Shown here one piece after another: positions 1 through 9,250 of a stretch of 34,598 nt of DNA. The DNA is from an uncultured Fibrobacterales bacterium (GTDB taxonomy: Bacteria; Fibrobacterota; Fibrobacteria; Fibrobacterales; CAWVXU01). The stretch lies in NCBI GenBank assembly GCA_963934255.1, contig CAWVXU010000020.1:1-34598 (forward strand). The letters are read 5' to 3'. How positions within the stretch are numbered: the first letter of the stretch is position 1; the number at the start of each line of letters is the position of its first letter. The translations under genes were made by a program, and so were the position numbers. Below the pieces are notes generated by a model. The model made no database searches, was not told the DNA's origin, and was given only the letters and a program-made list of their open reading frames with translations.

Positions 1-72
1 TTTATCGTGCGAGGCATTTCAGCACTTAAAAATTCCGTTGACAAAGGTCGTAATTGTCTTTCTGAGAACTAA
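1..72 (+). CDS. 3' end of a gene truncated by the window edge; possibly a degenerate GGDEF-domain C-terminus
   Basis: Frame +1 is open from base 1 to TAA at 70-72 (FIVRGISALKNSVDKGRNCLSEN*). The AL..S..KGRN ending resembles the GGDEF tail ALYxAKxxGRN. A + strand terminator-like hairpin follows. Confidence 0.4.
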   Translation, partial: FIVRGISALKNSVDKGRNCLSEN

Positions 73-123
73 ATATCTGAGTTGATAAGCATTATTGCTT
101 CATGTTTCTGTTCATATTCAATG

Positions 124-158
124 GCGAGCTTTCTTTAATGAAGGCTCGCTTTGGTTTT
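124..158 (+). terminator. Intrinsic terminator-like hairpin between convergent genes
   Basis: GCGAGCTTTC-tttaat-GAAGGCTCGC (10-bp stem, one G-U pair) followed by TTTGGTTTT. Confidence 0.65.
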
Positions 159-163
159 ATTCA

Positions 164-1009
164 TTAAGCAGGTAACTGACTTGATTCTAATTGAGCAATT
201 TCTTGAACATAGTCGTTGGTTCTTTTATAAACTTCTTGCACAACTAGTCCAGCGAGATATTGGCCAAAAGTCGCTGTAATATGAACAACAGATCCAGGGA
301 TAACTGCTTTGTCATGACACCAATCTTTGGCTGACTCTAAGCCTTCTTTTTCAGTATGAAATGAGGGGCAGAAACATTGATGAGTACCTTCATCCACAGA
401 TGTCTTGTGAAAAAGAGGTATTACTTCTTTAGAATAAACCACTTTAAAGTCACCTTCGAATTTGCGAGCGCGAAGTCCTTTGCGTACATGCTTAGCTAAT
501 GGGTCATCTCGAGTTTTCCAAATAGAAGCGACTTCAATCTTAGTTGGGTCCATCTTGTAAGCGGCGCCCATTGAAGAAAAGAAGGTTGCTCCCACTTCAG
601 TTGCCGAAATACAAAGGTCGACTTTACTTCTGATGCTATCAATAGCGTCAATCACAAAATCGTATTGACCCAGTTTAAATTTATCTGCATCCCCTGGCTC
701 ATAGACTTCAAGATGAGTTTCGATAGTAGCCTTAGGGTTGAGCTCTAATAAACGCTTCCTCAGCTCATCGACTTTAGACTGACCTACATTTTTGGTGGTC
801 GCTTGAAGTTGACGATTGACATTAGTGATACAGACAGTGTCCGAATCGACTAAAGTTAAACGTTGAATACCTGAGCGTATTAAGCTATCAGCCACCCAAC
901 TACCTACACCGCCCACACCAAAGATGATCACACTTGTAGAATTAAGTGACTGTATAACATCTTCACCGGTGAGAAGATTGAGTCTAGAAAATATTGGAGA
1001 TACTGCCAT
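164..1009 (-). CDS. tcdA: tRNA threonylcarbamoyladenosine dehydratase (ThiF/E1-like)
   Basis: GVGGVGS nucleotide-binding motif, DxDxVxxTNxNRQ, DAIDS, SSMGA..K.DP, DPLAKxVRKxLR, VVYSxE, GS...ITATFG. Confidence 0.9.
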   Translation of the reverse strand: MAVSPIFSRLNLLTGEDVIQSLNSTSVIIFGVGGVGSWVADSLIRSGIQRLTLVDSDTVCITNVNRQLQATTKNVGQSKVDELRKRLLELNPKATIETHLEVYEPGDADKFKLGQYDFVIDAIDSIRSKVDLCISATEVGATFFSSMGAAYKMDPTKIEVASIWKTRDDPLAKHVRKGLRARKFEGDFKVVYSKEVIPLFHKTSVDEGTHQCFCPSFHTEKEGLESAKDWCHDKAVIPGSVVHITATFGQYLAGLVVQEVYKRTNDYVQEIAQLESSQLPA

Positions 1010-1044
1010 GTTAATAAATATAAATTCTTATTGTCGTCTTGACA

Positions 1045-1773
1045 TTAGGAGGTAGAGAAAAGTTGGTGAAAACTTTTTGTCGTTTTAGCTTTCAGCTCCA
1101 GAATGTCAATGTTTTTGAGAACTGCAGCATCCTGGTAAAATTGAATGAACTCATTTTCACTCAATTTGGCATCATCCGTTTCAAGCAAGAACTGATTGCA
1201 AGACAAGAATGCATCTCTTGATTTGACTCGACTCTCCTTTAAAATTTCAAGTCCAAACGAGAAGAACCATCCCTTTTGTTCCATTTGATTCATCCAATTA
1301 ATTGAGCCGCTATATCCATGGATAAGCCCTTTGACTTTGGGGTACTTTTCTAAAATCTTTCGAGTTTCATTATAAGATTTAACGAGATGAATTGAGACTT
1401 GACGATTCCATTTTTGTGCCAAAATAAGTTGTGCTTCAAATAATTTGACCTGTTCAATTCTAGGTATCTTTCTATGAAAGTCTAGACCGATTTCTCCGAT
1501 GTGAATTGATAAGTTTTCTTGTAAAAGAACATTCATTTGAGCTAATTCGTCTTGATGTGAATCAAAACTATGGCAGTACCAAGGGTGAATTCCGATACTA
1601 AACTGGTTGCTATCAGCAAATGCAAGCTTGGTATTGTGGCGGGTGGCTTTTGATTCTTGAATAAGTCCTAGCCACTCCTTTGCATGAGATGAAACTCTCA
1701 TGCTCTGGATTTTAGGCCCTATTGATTGCTGATGAGTATGAGCATCAACAAAAACCACTTTATCACTATTCAT
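1045..1773 (-). CDS. tatD: TatD-family metal-dependent DNase/hydrolase
   Basis: DAHTH, GIHPW, IGEIGLD, SIH, IHG and LETD motifs; adjacent to tcdA. Confidence 0.85.
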   Translation of the reverse strand: MNSDKVVFVDAHTHQQSIGPKIQSMRVSSHAKEWLGLIQESKATRHNTKLAFADSNQFSIGIHPWYCHSFDSHQDELAQMNVLLQENLSIHIGEIGLDFHRKIPRIEQVKLFEAQLILAQKWNRQVSIHLVKSYNETRKILEKYPKVKGLIHGYSGSINWMNQMEQKGWFFSFGLEILKESRVKSRDAFLSCNQFLLETDDAKLSENEFIQFYQDAAVLKNIDILELKAKTTKSFHQLFSTS

Positions 1774-1780
1774 TAGGGTG

Positions 1781-2406
1781 TTAATAACCCATGCGGTTTA
1801 AAGATTGGCTCTTGTTCAGGATAATTTCACTCAGATGACAATCTGAATTGGGTACACTTCTGAGATGGGTTATAATTTGTAGCATATCAACTCCAGGGCC
1901 CAATATTCGGTCGTCATAAGATCGTAATATACCATCAACCATAGGAAGCTCCATCATCCCCTCAACTTTACCTTCATCATCTTGAAAGTCTGCTAAGGTT
2001 CTTCATTCAATTGGTCATTCAATTGTAAGTCGATTCGCAAATTGACCTAGATGGTCAAGCTCAAAGATAGTCAATTGCTCTAAATAATGCGTTCACTCGA
2101 GTTCTCCCGTTTCAATGCACGTTTCGCTTCCGATAATTCCGCCAACGTCTAAAGAAGTGACTTCGTCGTCTTCAAAGCTTCGACCTGGCTTGCGAGTAGC
2201 TACTAATAATTCTGTCAATTGATTGGTCTTAATATTCGGGTCTTTGAAAGAGAATGACCAAATTTCCTCTATAGATTGTGCATCTTCTTCTTTTATTAAA
2301 GTGTTTACTAGAGTGGAAGTGACAATCAGCTCTGGAATATTTAGTCATAAATAGGGTTATTTTGAAGCTCTAGACTAAACTCTATTTTAATCCATTTTCT
2401 CTTCAT
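1781..2406 (-). pseudogene. Disrupted ~200-codon hypothetical gene
   Basis: ATG at 2406 overlaps the upstream stop (ATGA) and reads MKRKWIKIEFSLELQNNPIYD. After a 1-nt shift near 2345 the frame continues LNIPELIV... to TAA at 1783-1781, interrupted only by TGA at 2095, 2017 and 2005. It fills the gap between co-oriented genes. Confidence 0.7.
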
Positions 2407-2630
2407 TCAGTTTTCTTTTCAGAAACTTTTGCAATAAGAGCTAATACCAAAAACACCCATGGTGTTCCGTGCATCAGCACATCAAACCAGTCTAACATAG
2501 CGAGTGTTTTTTTACCTTCGAGCAACCACTTTATTTTCTCTAAAATATGTGGCTGAGGAGTGAAAGGAGCAAGCCCCAAAGTGAGACTCGCTATTAATGC
2601 GATCGGGAATAATTTCGATAAATATTTCAT
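2403..2630 (-). CDS. Small two-TM conserved membrane protein (LGLAPFxPxPH...DxxMHG family), function unknown
   Basis: Two hydrophobic segments with LGLAPFTPQPHILEKIKWL and DWFDVLMHGTPW. Confidence 0.75.
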   Translation of the reverse strand: MKYLSKLFPIALIASLTLGLAPFTPQPHILEKIKWLLEGKKTLAMLDWFDVLMHGTPWVFLVLALIAKVSEKKTE

Positions 2631-2652
2631 AACTCAAAACTAGGTAAGAATA

Positions 2653-2880
2653 TTAAACCCTGGAGTGACTTCCGTCACAGAGCGCGGCAGTTGTATTACC
2701 ACAAGCACATAAACGAACAGTACCTGACTTCTCTGGTGCAAACAATACCGGGGATTTACCCGTGCCTGCATGAGAGCCATCACAGAATGGAAAAGAAGTG
2801 CTTTGACCACAGTTGCAGCGGAAGTATTTACGGCCTGCTTCTACTTCGGTCAAAATCGGACGGTTTTGAAATCTAGACAT
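2653..2880 (-). CDS. CDGSH iron-sulfur (NEET/CISD3-like) protein with two [2Fe-2S] motifs
   Basis: CNCGQSTSFPFCDGSH and CACGNTTAALCDGSH; AAGGA RBS upstream. Confidence 0.9.
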   Translation of the reverse strand: MSRFQNRPILTEVEAGRKYFRCNCGQSTSFPFCDGSHAGTGKSPVLFAPEKSGTVRLCACGNTTAALCDGSHSRV

Positions 2881-2937
2881 AAGGTTTCCTTTTCGGGGTT
2901 TTGAAATTGTAATTATTAAAAAAAAGCTTAAATTGAA

Positions 2938-3822
2938 CTACGATAAAAAGGAGGATAAGTCTTGACTAGATAGTTTGATTTTCTCTAAAATCTCATCCAT
3001 ATCTTCGGGATTAAGAGAAACAGAAGCAAAAGCATTTCTATCAAAAGTAGGAACATATGGGTTGCCCGATTCTCCCAACATCAAAAAATGAACCAGTAAG
3101 TCCGCCACATGGATGATCGAAACTAATTCATAAGCGTCATCATCGACATCAATATCATCGGGTGAATTGTGAAACTCCACTGCTTTAATCAAATTGCGAT
3201 CTAATCCCCACTTATCCATTAGATAAGCTCCACACTCTTGATGGTTAAACCCAAAAACTTTATTTTCAGCTTTGACCATAGTGAGTGAATCACTTTTACA
3301 CGTTGCTAATACTTTATCAAATTCTTTCGGAAAATATTGAACTTCAATGATTTTACCAATATCATGAATAAGTCCTGCAAGAAAACATGAGTCCTTCACA
3401 AACTTAGGGCATTCTTCCACATAACCTGCTATAATTTGAGCAGCCCCAGCTACCGATAAACTATGAATCCAAAATGATTTAAAGTCAATAGAACTGCCAC
3501 CCCTCTGTGGCATTTGCTTCAAAATTGTCGTTGCCAGGACAATATTGGAAACTTGTTCAAAACCAAGCATCGCAATTGCTCGCTCAACACTCGTGGCTTC
3601 ATTTCGTATCCCAATAGCTGCACTATTGACAACTCTCAGAACCTCTAAGCTAATTGAAGGATCATTTTCAATTATTTTGGCAACTATTTCGACATTTGTA
3701 TTGGGGTCTTTTATTGCAGTATTTAGTTGCGTGTATATAGCAGGGATAGTGGGTAATTGGGCATCATCTGGAAGCTTTTTTAGCTTTTTTTCCACTTTGG
3801 GAAACATTAGGATCTGACTCAT
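2938..3822 (-). CDS. Stand-alone HDOD-domain signalling protein
   Basis: LPTIP, DPSIS..VLRVVNSA, AIAMLG, FWIHS, AGLIHDIGK, H...GAYL...W, AV.FH motifs; AAGGAG RBS. Confidence 0.9.
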   Translation of the reverse strand: MSQILMFPKVEKKLKKLPDDAQLPTIPAIYTQLNTAIKDPNTNVEIVAKIIENDPSISLEVLRVVNSAAIGIRNEATSVERAIAMLGFEQVSNIVLATTILKQMPQRGGSSIDFKSFWIHSLSVAGAAQIIAGYVEECPKFVKDSCFLAGLIHDIGKIIEVQYFPKEFDKVLATCKSDSLTMVKAENKVFGFNHQECGAYLMDKWGLDRNLIKAVEFHNSPDDIDVDDDAYELVSIIHVADLLVHFLMLGESGNPYVPTFDRNAFASVSLNPEDMDEILEKIKLSSQDLSSFLS

Positions 3823-3995
3823 TGCTTCTCCTTTATAATTTCCCGTGCAATTTCAGCACTCTTCCGATGAACGAGATATTCCATAATAGGATGATTACAA
3901 TCAGGGTTGTGCCTAAAAAACAACTGGACTCGCTTCTCAAGTTGGAGAAGCTGATTTTCATCCATTTCTGACTTCATCTCAAACAAACTTTGCAT
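3819..3995 (-). CDS. Unannotated 58-aa hypothetical protein translationally coupled to the HDOD gene
   Basis: GGAG RBS 6 nt before ATG at 3995; MQSLFEMKSEMDENQLLQLEKRVQLFFRHNPDCNHPIMEYLVHRKSAEIAREIIKEKQ*. Its TGA overlaps the HDOD ATG (ATGA). Confidence 0.7.
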   Translation of the reverse strand: MQSLFEMKSEMDENQLLQLEKRVQLFFRHNPDCNHPIMEYLVHRKSAEIAREIIKEKQ

Positions 3996-4073
3996 AAAAT
4001 TCTCCGTATATACTCAGATTGTACCAATATTCTATTTTGAGAAACAACAACTTGTTTTGTTTTGTTTTAAAAA

Positions 4074-6884
4074 GTGGACCCAATGAATAATAATGTAGAA
4101 ATTAATGACTTTATTGGTTTTTTAAAATCTTCTAGCTTTCAGGGAGATATCCAAGATTCCATTGGTCAACGGCTTTTGGCTGCCAGTGACAACTCTATTT
4201 ATCACCGAATCCCTGATTTGGTCATATTCCCCATGAATCGTAAAGACTGGGATATACTCTCCCAATCGATTTTAAATAAGATTTCCCCAAAAACCTCCTG
4301 GACTGTTCGAGGAGGTTTTACTGGGACTAATGGGCAATCCCTCAATGCAGGAATCATCATTGATTGCTCTAAATACTTAAAAGATGTTACTATTTCCGAC
4401 AGTGAAATTTGGGTAGAGCCAGGTGTTGTATTAGATCAGCTCAATATAAATTTAAAACCCTTAGGCGTGTTTTTTGCACCACATGTGAGTACTTCTAGTC
4501 GAGCAACTATAGGAGGTATGTTTGGCACAGATGCAGCAGGCAAAGGTTCGAGGAAATTCGGCCGCACTCATCACCACATTAGCGCCGTTCATTGGTTGTG
4601 TCCGGATGGGGAGATACGACATCTATCAACTACACCTTGGTCTGATATTCTTGAAATTTCAAAAGAAAATTCTTGGTGGGGTCGGATTCATCAGTCAATT
4701 TTAGACCATATTGTGGCTCCTCGTGATCAAATTCTCAAAGTTCAACCCAATCATCCACGGGGGCTCAGTGGATTTAATCTATTTGAGGCATGGGATGACC
4801 AATTAGAGGAGTTTAATTGGATTGCATTTTTATCAGGATCTGAGGGAGCCTTGGGGCTAGGAGTTTCTTTTAAAATAAAAACAACTACAATTATCGTTCA
4901 AAAATATCTATCACTGATACCTCTTAAAAATTTAGATGAAATGGTAGCCACTATTCCAAAACTTCTGAGCCAAGATCCCTTGGCTGTTGAACTCATTGAT
5001 GCTAATATTCTTGAAGCATCAAAAGAACTTTGGTCTCAAAACATTCGTGTCACTTCTGGTGATTTTTATAATCTTCTGCACCAATCTGAATTTCTTTTTC
5101 TTCAAGAGACAATTGAAGCTCCTCAAATAGATTCGATTCATAAGGTCGTTGAAGACCCTACAGAGCAAGCCCTTTGGTGGAAAATAAGAAGTCAGGGTGT
5201 TGAACTTTTATCTCGCTCAAGAACTCCTAAAAAAGCTGTCGCATTTGCAGAAGACAGTGTAGTACCACCAGAGTCATTTGGTCTCTATATTCGAGATTTG
5301 AAATCCTTGCTTGATTCACATGGATTACGGTATAGTCTATTTGGACACGCTGATGTGGGGTGTGTTCACATGCGCCCCTTTATGAATATGCAAGATTCAA
5401 ATGAAGTTGAATTGCTTCATCATTTACAAGATGATATTTTTGAATTAGTTCACTCCTATGGTGGGAGCTTTTGGGGCGAACATGGGCGAGGCCTTAGAAC
5501 TCAATTTGTGGCCAAAACATTTGGTGATGTTGTTTTTCCACTGATTCAGCAAATTAAAAGAACATGGGATCCTACAGGAAAATGGAACCCTCATAAAATT
5601 CTTCCTAGCTCAGAAAGCTTTGATATTGAACAACAACTCTATCAATCTATTTCTCCAAAATTACAAGAGAAATGGCATGGAATAATTCACTGTAATGGCA
5701 ATGGAGCCTGTCACAATCAAAGCCCCAATAGCCTTATGTGCCCAAGTTATTTAGTCAGTACTGATAAGTTTTTGTCACCTAAAGGTCGTGCTTTAATGGC
5801 GAGAGAATGGCTGACTAACCCATCGACCGAATTGACCAAGGACTTAAGAAAATCATTAGATTTATGTTTAATGTGCGAAGCTTGTGATCACGAATGCCCG
5901 AGTGAAGTGAATATCCCTGAATTTATTAATCACTTTGAGGAAACACTCCATCAAAGGAGTATGAACCCTTTTAAAAAAGTCAGTCAATGGTTCAATACTC
6001 ACATTGAAAAGATTCTTTTTATTTTTCATTATATTCCATTACTCTTGGTTTTTCATTCGAAAGAACGCTTTCTAGCCGTGCGAAAAATGAAGGGCCTTAT
6101 CAACGAATCTCAAAGTGACTTATCGCACAAAAAAAGCAACAATTTACTCGTTTTGGTTGATTTATATTCTTTGATAGTCAATCCCTCTTCCCTTATCAAA
6201 ATAAATGATATTAGTCAGCAACTTGGGGTCAAGCTAAGATTCACCAAGCCTTTACCTAGTGGTAAGTTACTTTATAAAAAAGGGCTCAATCAAGCTCTTT
6301 TAACCGAGGTTCAAAGCGTGATCAATCATATAAAATCTTATGATGCGACTTCAATAATTGCTATGGAACCGTCATTTTATCAAGCTTACTCTCATAGCTA
6401 TCCGCGACACTTTGAAAAATTGGGTCAATCTGTCAATTTCCCCGAGTTGAATGATTTAACAACAGCTCTGCTCAATATCATTAGCATGTCAGAAAATCCA
6501 GTATCACACACTCCAGGGAGTCCACGTTCTCTTTCTCATCCTTTTCTACCTCCAAAAAAAATTGCTCTTTTCCTTCATTGTCATGAACACAAACGTGCAA
6601 ATAAAATAAAAGAACGATGGATAAATATTTTTAATCATTGGAAGATAGAAGTGCAATTCCCTGCGACCTCATGTTGCGGTATGGCAGGAATCTGGGGCTA
6701 TTTACCAAAATCAAAAGATATGAGTCACAAAATTTTTAAAACTAGCTGGGGACCTGCCATTGAAAAGGAAGGACAATCTTATTGCTATACATCTGGTGTC
6801 AGCTGCTTAAGCCAAACTAAGGCCCGCGACAAAAAGATCGATCACCCCTTAGAGTTGATTCATTTCTTATTAAAAACTCGTTGA
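4074..6884 (+). CDS. FAD-binding/4Fe-4S/CCG oxidoreductase, YdiJ-like (D-2-hydroxyacid dehydrogenase family); start may be ATG 4083
   Basis: RGGFTGTNGQS, STSSRATIGGM, GSEG, FGHADVGCVH.RP, GEHGRG, CNGNGAC, MCPSY, CLMCEAC...CP, CCGMAG. Confidence 0.85.
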   Translation: MDPMNNNVEINDFIGFLKSSSFQGDIQDSIGQRLLAASDNSIYHRIPDLVIFPMNRKDWDILSQSILNKISPKTSWTVRGGFTGTNGQSLNAGIIIDCSKYLKDVTISDSEIWVEPGVVLDQLNINLKPLGVFFAPHVSTSSRATIGGMFGTDAAGKGSRKFGRTHHHISAVHWLCPDGEIRHLSTTPWSDILEISKENSWWGRIHQSILDHIVAPRDQILKVQPNHPRGLSGFNLFEAWDDQLEEFNWIAFLSGSEGALGLGVSFKIKTTTIIVQKYLSLIPLKNLDEMVATIPKLLSQDPLAVELIDANILEASKELWSQNIRVTSGDFYNLLHQSEFLFLQETIEAPQIDSIHKVVEDPTEQALWWKIRSQGVELLSRSRTPKKAVAFAEDSVVPPESFGLYIRDLKSLLDSHGLRYSLFGHADVGCVHMRPFMNMQDSNEVELLHHLQDDIFELVHSYGGSFWGEHGRGLRTQFVAKTFGDVVFPLIQQIKRTWDPTGKWNPHKILPSSESFDIEQQLYQSISPKLQEKWHGIIHCNGNGACHNQSPNSLMCPSYLVSTDKFLSPKGRALMAREWLTNPSTELTKDLRKSLDLCLMCEACDHECPSEVNIPEFINHFEETLHQRSMNPFKKVSQWFNTHIEKILFIFHYIPLLLVFHSKERFLAVRKMKGLINESQSDLSHKKSNNLLVLVDLYSLIVNPSSLIKINDISQQLGVKLRFTKPLPSGKLLYKKGLNQALLTEVQSVINHIKSYDATSIIAMEPSFYQAYSHSYPRHFEKLGQSVNFPELNDLTTALLNIISMSENPVSHTPGSPRSLSHPFLPPKKIALFLHCHEHKRANKIKERWINIFNHWKIEVQFPATSCCGMAGIWGYLPKSKDMSHKIFKTSWGPAIEKEGQSYCYTSGVSCLSQTKARDKKIDHPLELIHFLLKTR

Positions 6885-6932
6885 CTCATAGATAATAAGA
6901 ATCATATTCTTATTTTGCTCAAGGAGGGATAT

Positions 6933-7687
6933 GTGGAGAGACACACAAAAGCGATTTTAGTTCGACAAGTTATTTTTAAATCGATCAGGTGAAATTCATG
7001 CTTTTGGGTTGCTTTTTAGAGAATTCAATGACCTCCTTCAAGCTAAAATCAGTTCTAATCTCATGGCCACGAGTCGAGTTCTCATCAATACGATGAATAA
7101 CTTTGGCCCTAGATGATTTTGACCTTTCTGATGAAATGGAAAATCAATTTGAGTCGCTATTTGATATTGTAGATATCATCAAAATTGACTTGATGGAATG
7201 TGATTGGCAGAAAAAGTGGAGACTAGTGAGATTGTTCAGAAGTTTAAGAAATTACCAGAAACCACTCTATTATTATTGAGGTATATGAACTTAGCGTCAA
7301 ATGATGTCGGACGCGAAATCACTTCAATTAAACATGCCATTACCATGATAGGCAGACGAAAACTTTCTGACTGGCTTATGCTGATGATATACTCTGAAGG
7401 TGGAAGCTTAAAAGACCCCAAATCCGATCCTCTTTATATTCTCGCTTCCCCAAGAGCCAAAAACACGGAGAACCTTCTTGAAAAAATATGGCTTAAAAAA
7501 CAGAGCTCTTTTAGATAAAGCCTTTTTGTGTGGTATTTTTTCACTCATGGATACTCTACTCGGGGTGGATATGCAAATTTGTGAAGAACAAGACTTACTT
7601 GATCAATCTAATTTTCAATCACTCATAGATCAAGTTCAACTCGGGCTTGAAGAAGTCTCTGATGCTTCGCTCAGCGCATATGAATAG
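6933..7687 (+). pseudogene. Decayed EAL + modified HD-GYP/HDOD (YuxH/PdeH-like) gene
   Basis: AGGAGG RBS and GTG at 6933. Motifs lie in order across several frames: VRQVIF/NR...LLFR...ATSRVLIN...FG, ALDDF...DIIKID, LAEKVET, LLRYMN...ITSIKHAITMIG, AFLCGIFSLMDTLLG. Frameshifts and internal deletions are present. ORF-track entries 7204-7518 and 7478-7687 are fragments of it. Confidence 0.85.
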
Positions 7688-7701
7688 GTTGAGAAAACCA
7701 C

Positions 7702-8523
7702 TTAAAATGAGAGACGTATCCACTCACCAGGCCTTAATTGAATCAACCGTTCAAGATCTTGTTCTAAGACATAGGCGACCCTCTGATAACCTCCATGCGT
7801 CTGACATGAGTGCATCAAAACTATAGGGCCATTAGGTGTCCATTGAATCACGCCAGGAAAAACGGGCGATGAGGCAATCCCCGTGTCGATGTCGGCGTCT
7901 TTTTTTTTAGGAGACTGGATTTTAATTGCGACTTTATGGTTTAAATCATTAGCTAATATACTTTTTCGAAGCCTCACTCCCATTGAGTTAGAATTGGGGT
8001 CAATTTGCCAATAGCCCTCAATGGATTTTTTTATTTCTACGGTATATTCTGGGCCTTTGTGTAAATAAATTTCATCTCGTGGTTTCCATTTATTTCGTTG
8101 ACTTAAAATATTTGTAATTAAAGTTCTTAATGAAGTTTCATCTAGTACATGTGCTTGCTGAGGAATAAAAATAATCCAAGACCAATTTGCAATTTCAATT
8201 TTTGAAACTTCTAAATGAGCATCAGCTTTAACACTCACCCACTCTTCTGAATATATTTTCAGTAGAATACCTTTCGATATAAGCTTGCAATTCCTTCTTG
8301 CACCAAACAACAAAAGTGACCCTGCTTCTGATAGAGTTATTCTGGCTTGGCTCCAGTGAAACTGATGTATCTCGGCTTGAAATGGGAGCGTCTGTCTTAA
8401 TTTCAATAATTCTTGAAATGTCTGCATGCATACTGGACCTTGATAGGGATAACCTTGAGCTCTTGGCCTATGGGGGGCAGTCTCTCCAAAGTCAGCTAAA
8501 TCAAATTTTTCAATTTCATGCAT
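7702..8523 (-). CDS. pxpC: 5-oxoprolinase subunit C (carboxyltransferase/allophanate hydrolase subunit 2 family), divergent N-terminus
   Basis: SNSMGVRL, S.PVFPGVIQ.TPNGPIVLM...QTHGGY, L.QLRPG. Probable start ATG 8523 overlaps the end of pxpA. Confidence 0.75.
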   Translation of the reverse strand: MHEIEKFDLADFGETAPHRPRAQGYPYQGPVCMQTFQELLKLRQTLPFQAEIHQFHWSQARITLSEAGSLLLFGARRNCKLISKGILLKIYSEEWVSVKADAHLEVSKIEIANWSWIIFIPQQAHVLDETSLRTLITNILSQRNKWKPRDEIYLHKGPEYTVEIKKSIEGYWQIDPNSNSMGVRLRKSILANDLNHKVAIKIQSPKKKDADIDTGIASSPVFPGVIQWTPNGPIVLMHSCQTHGGYQRVAYVLEQDLERLIQLRPGEWIRLSF

Positions 8524-9250
8524 GATGAACACTTATTTTTTGCACTAATTCAAGAGCAATTGGAGAATCACTATGAACACAGATTGTTTGTGCTTCCACA
8601 ATACGATGAACGCTATGCTCAACCTGAGCTGAATTGTATTTTGAGGCAATTTGTATGGGTCTTTTTGATAGAAATTGTAAGGCTTGATTTAAGGCTACAT
8701 CAACTTCATGAATAGATGCCCACAAATAGCTTCTTGGACTGAGTATCACCTTTGCTGCTTTTAAGCAATAGCGTCTTTCAGCAAATACTTCAGGCATAAT
8801 TTTCATGCTCATTTTTTGAGCTAATTGAAGCCAGATAGAATTTGGCATTCCAACAACTCCTTGAAAACCCTTGAACTGGAGCCAATGAAGAAATTGACTC
8901 GCAAAATCTTCATCTTGATGCACTCGATGATACAATGCACCATGAGGTTTACACCATAATGGCATTTGATTAAATGAAGTAAACACATCAAATTGACGGA
9001 TTAAATCAGGTAAGAAACTGTCCCATGAAATATTATTTTCTTTACGTCCAAAATTATCCTGGTCTGAATATGAAAAATGAGCACTCACCATGACTTTATG
9101 TAACATTGCCAAATTTAGATAGTACTTCACGCTTTCTATATCTCCAGCGTGTCCACCACAAGCTAAATTTATCATCCCTACATATTGAATGATTTGATCG
9201 TCTATTGGGTGGGCAGCTCCTCTTTCCCCTAGATCGCAATTAATAATCAT
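8516..9250 (-). CDS. pxpA: 5-oxoprolinase subunit A (LamB/YcsF family)
   Basis: INCDLGE, NLACGGHAGD, AH.SY.D..NFGR, KPHGALY, EVFAERRY, TICVHSD. Confidence 0.9.
   Translation of the reverse strand: MIINCDLGERGAAHPIDDQIIQYVGMINLACGGHAGDIESVKYYLNLAMLHKVMVSAHFSYSDQDNFGRKENNISWDSFLPDLIRQFDVFTSFNQMPLWCKPHGALYHRVHQDEDFASQFLHWLQFKGFQGVVGMPNSIWLQLAQKMSMKIMPEVFAERRYCLKAAKVILSPRSYLWASIHEVDVALNQALQFLSKRPIQIASKYNSAQVEHSVHRIVEAQTICVHSDSPIALELVQKISVHHA

Noticed and set aside
2036..2095. Selenocysteine/SECIS reading of TGA 2095 (downstream hairpin TTGACC-N5-GGTCAA)
   Set aside because: No redox-motif context, poor hairpin spacing, and the gene has further stops and a frameshift.
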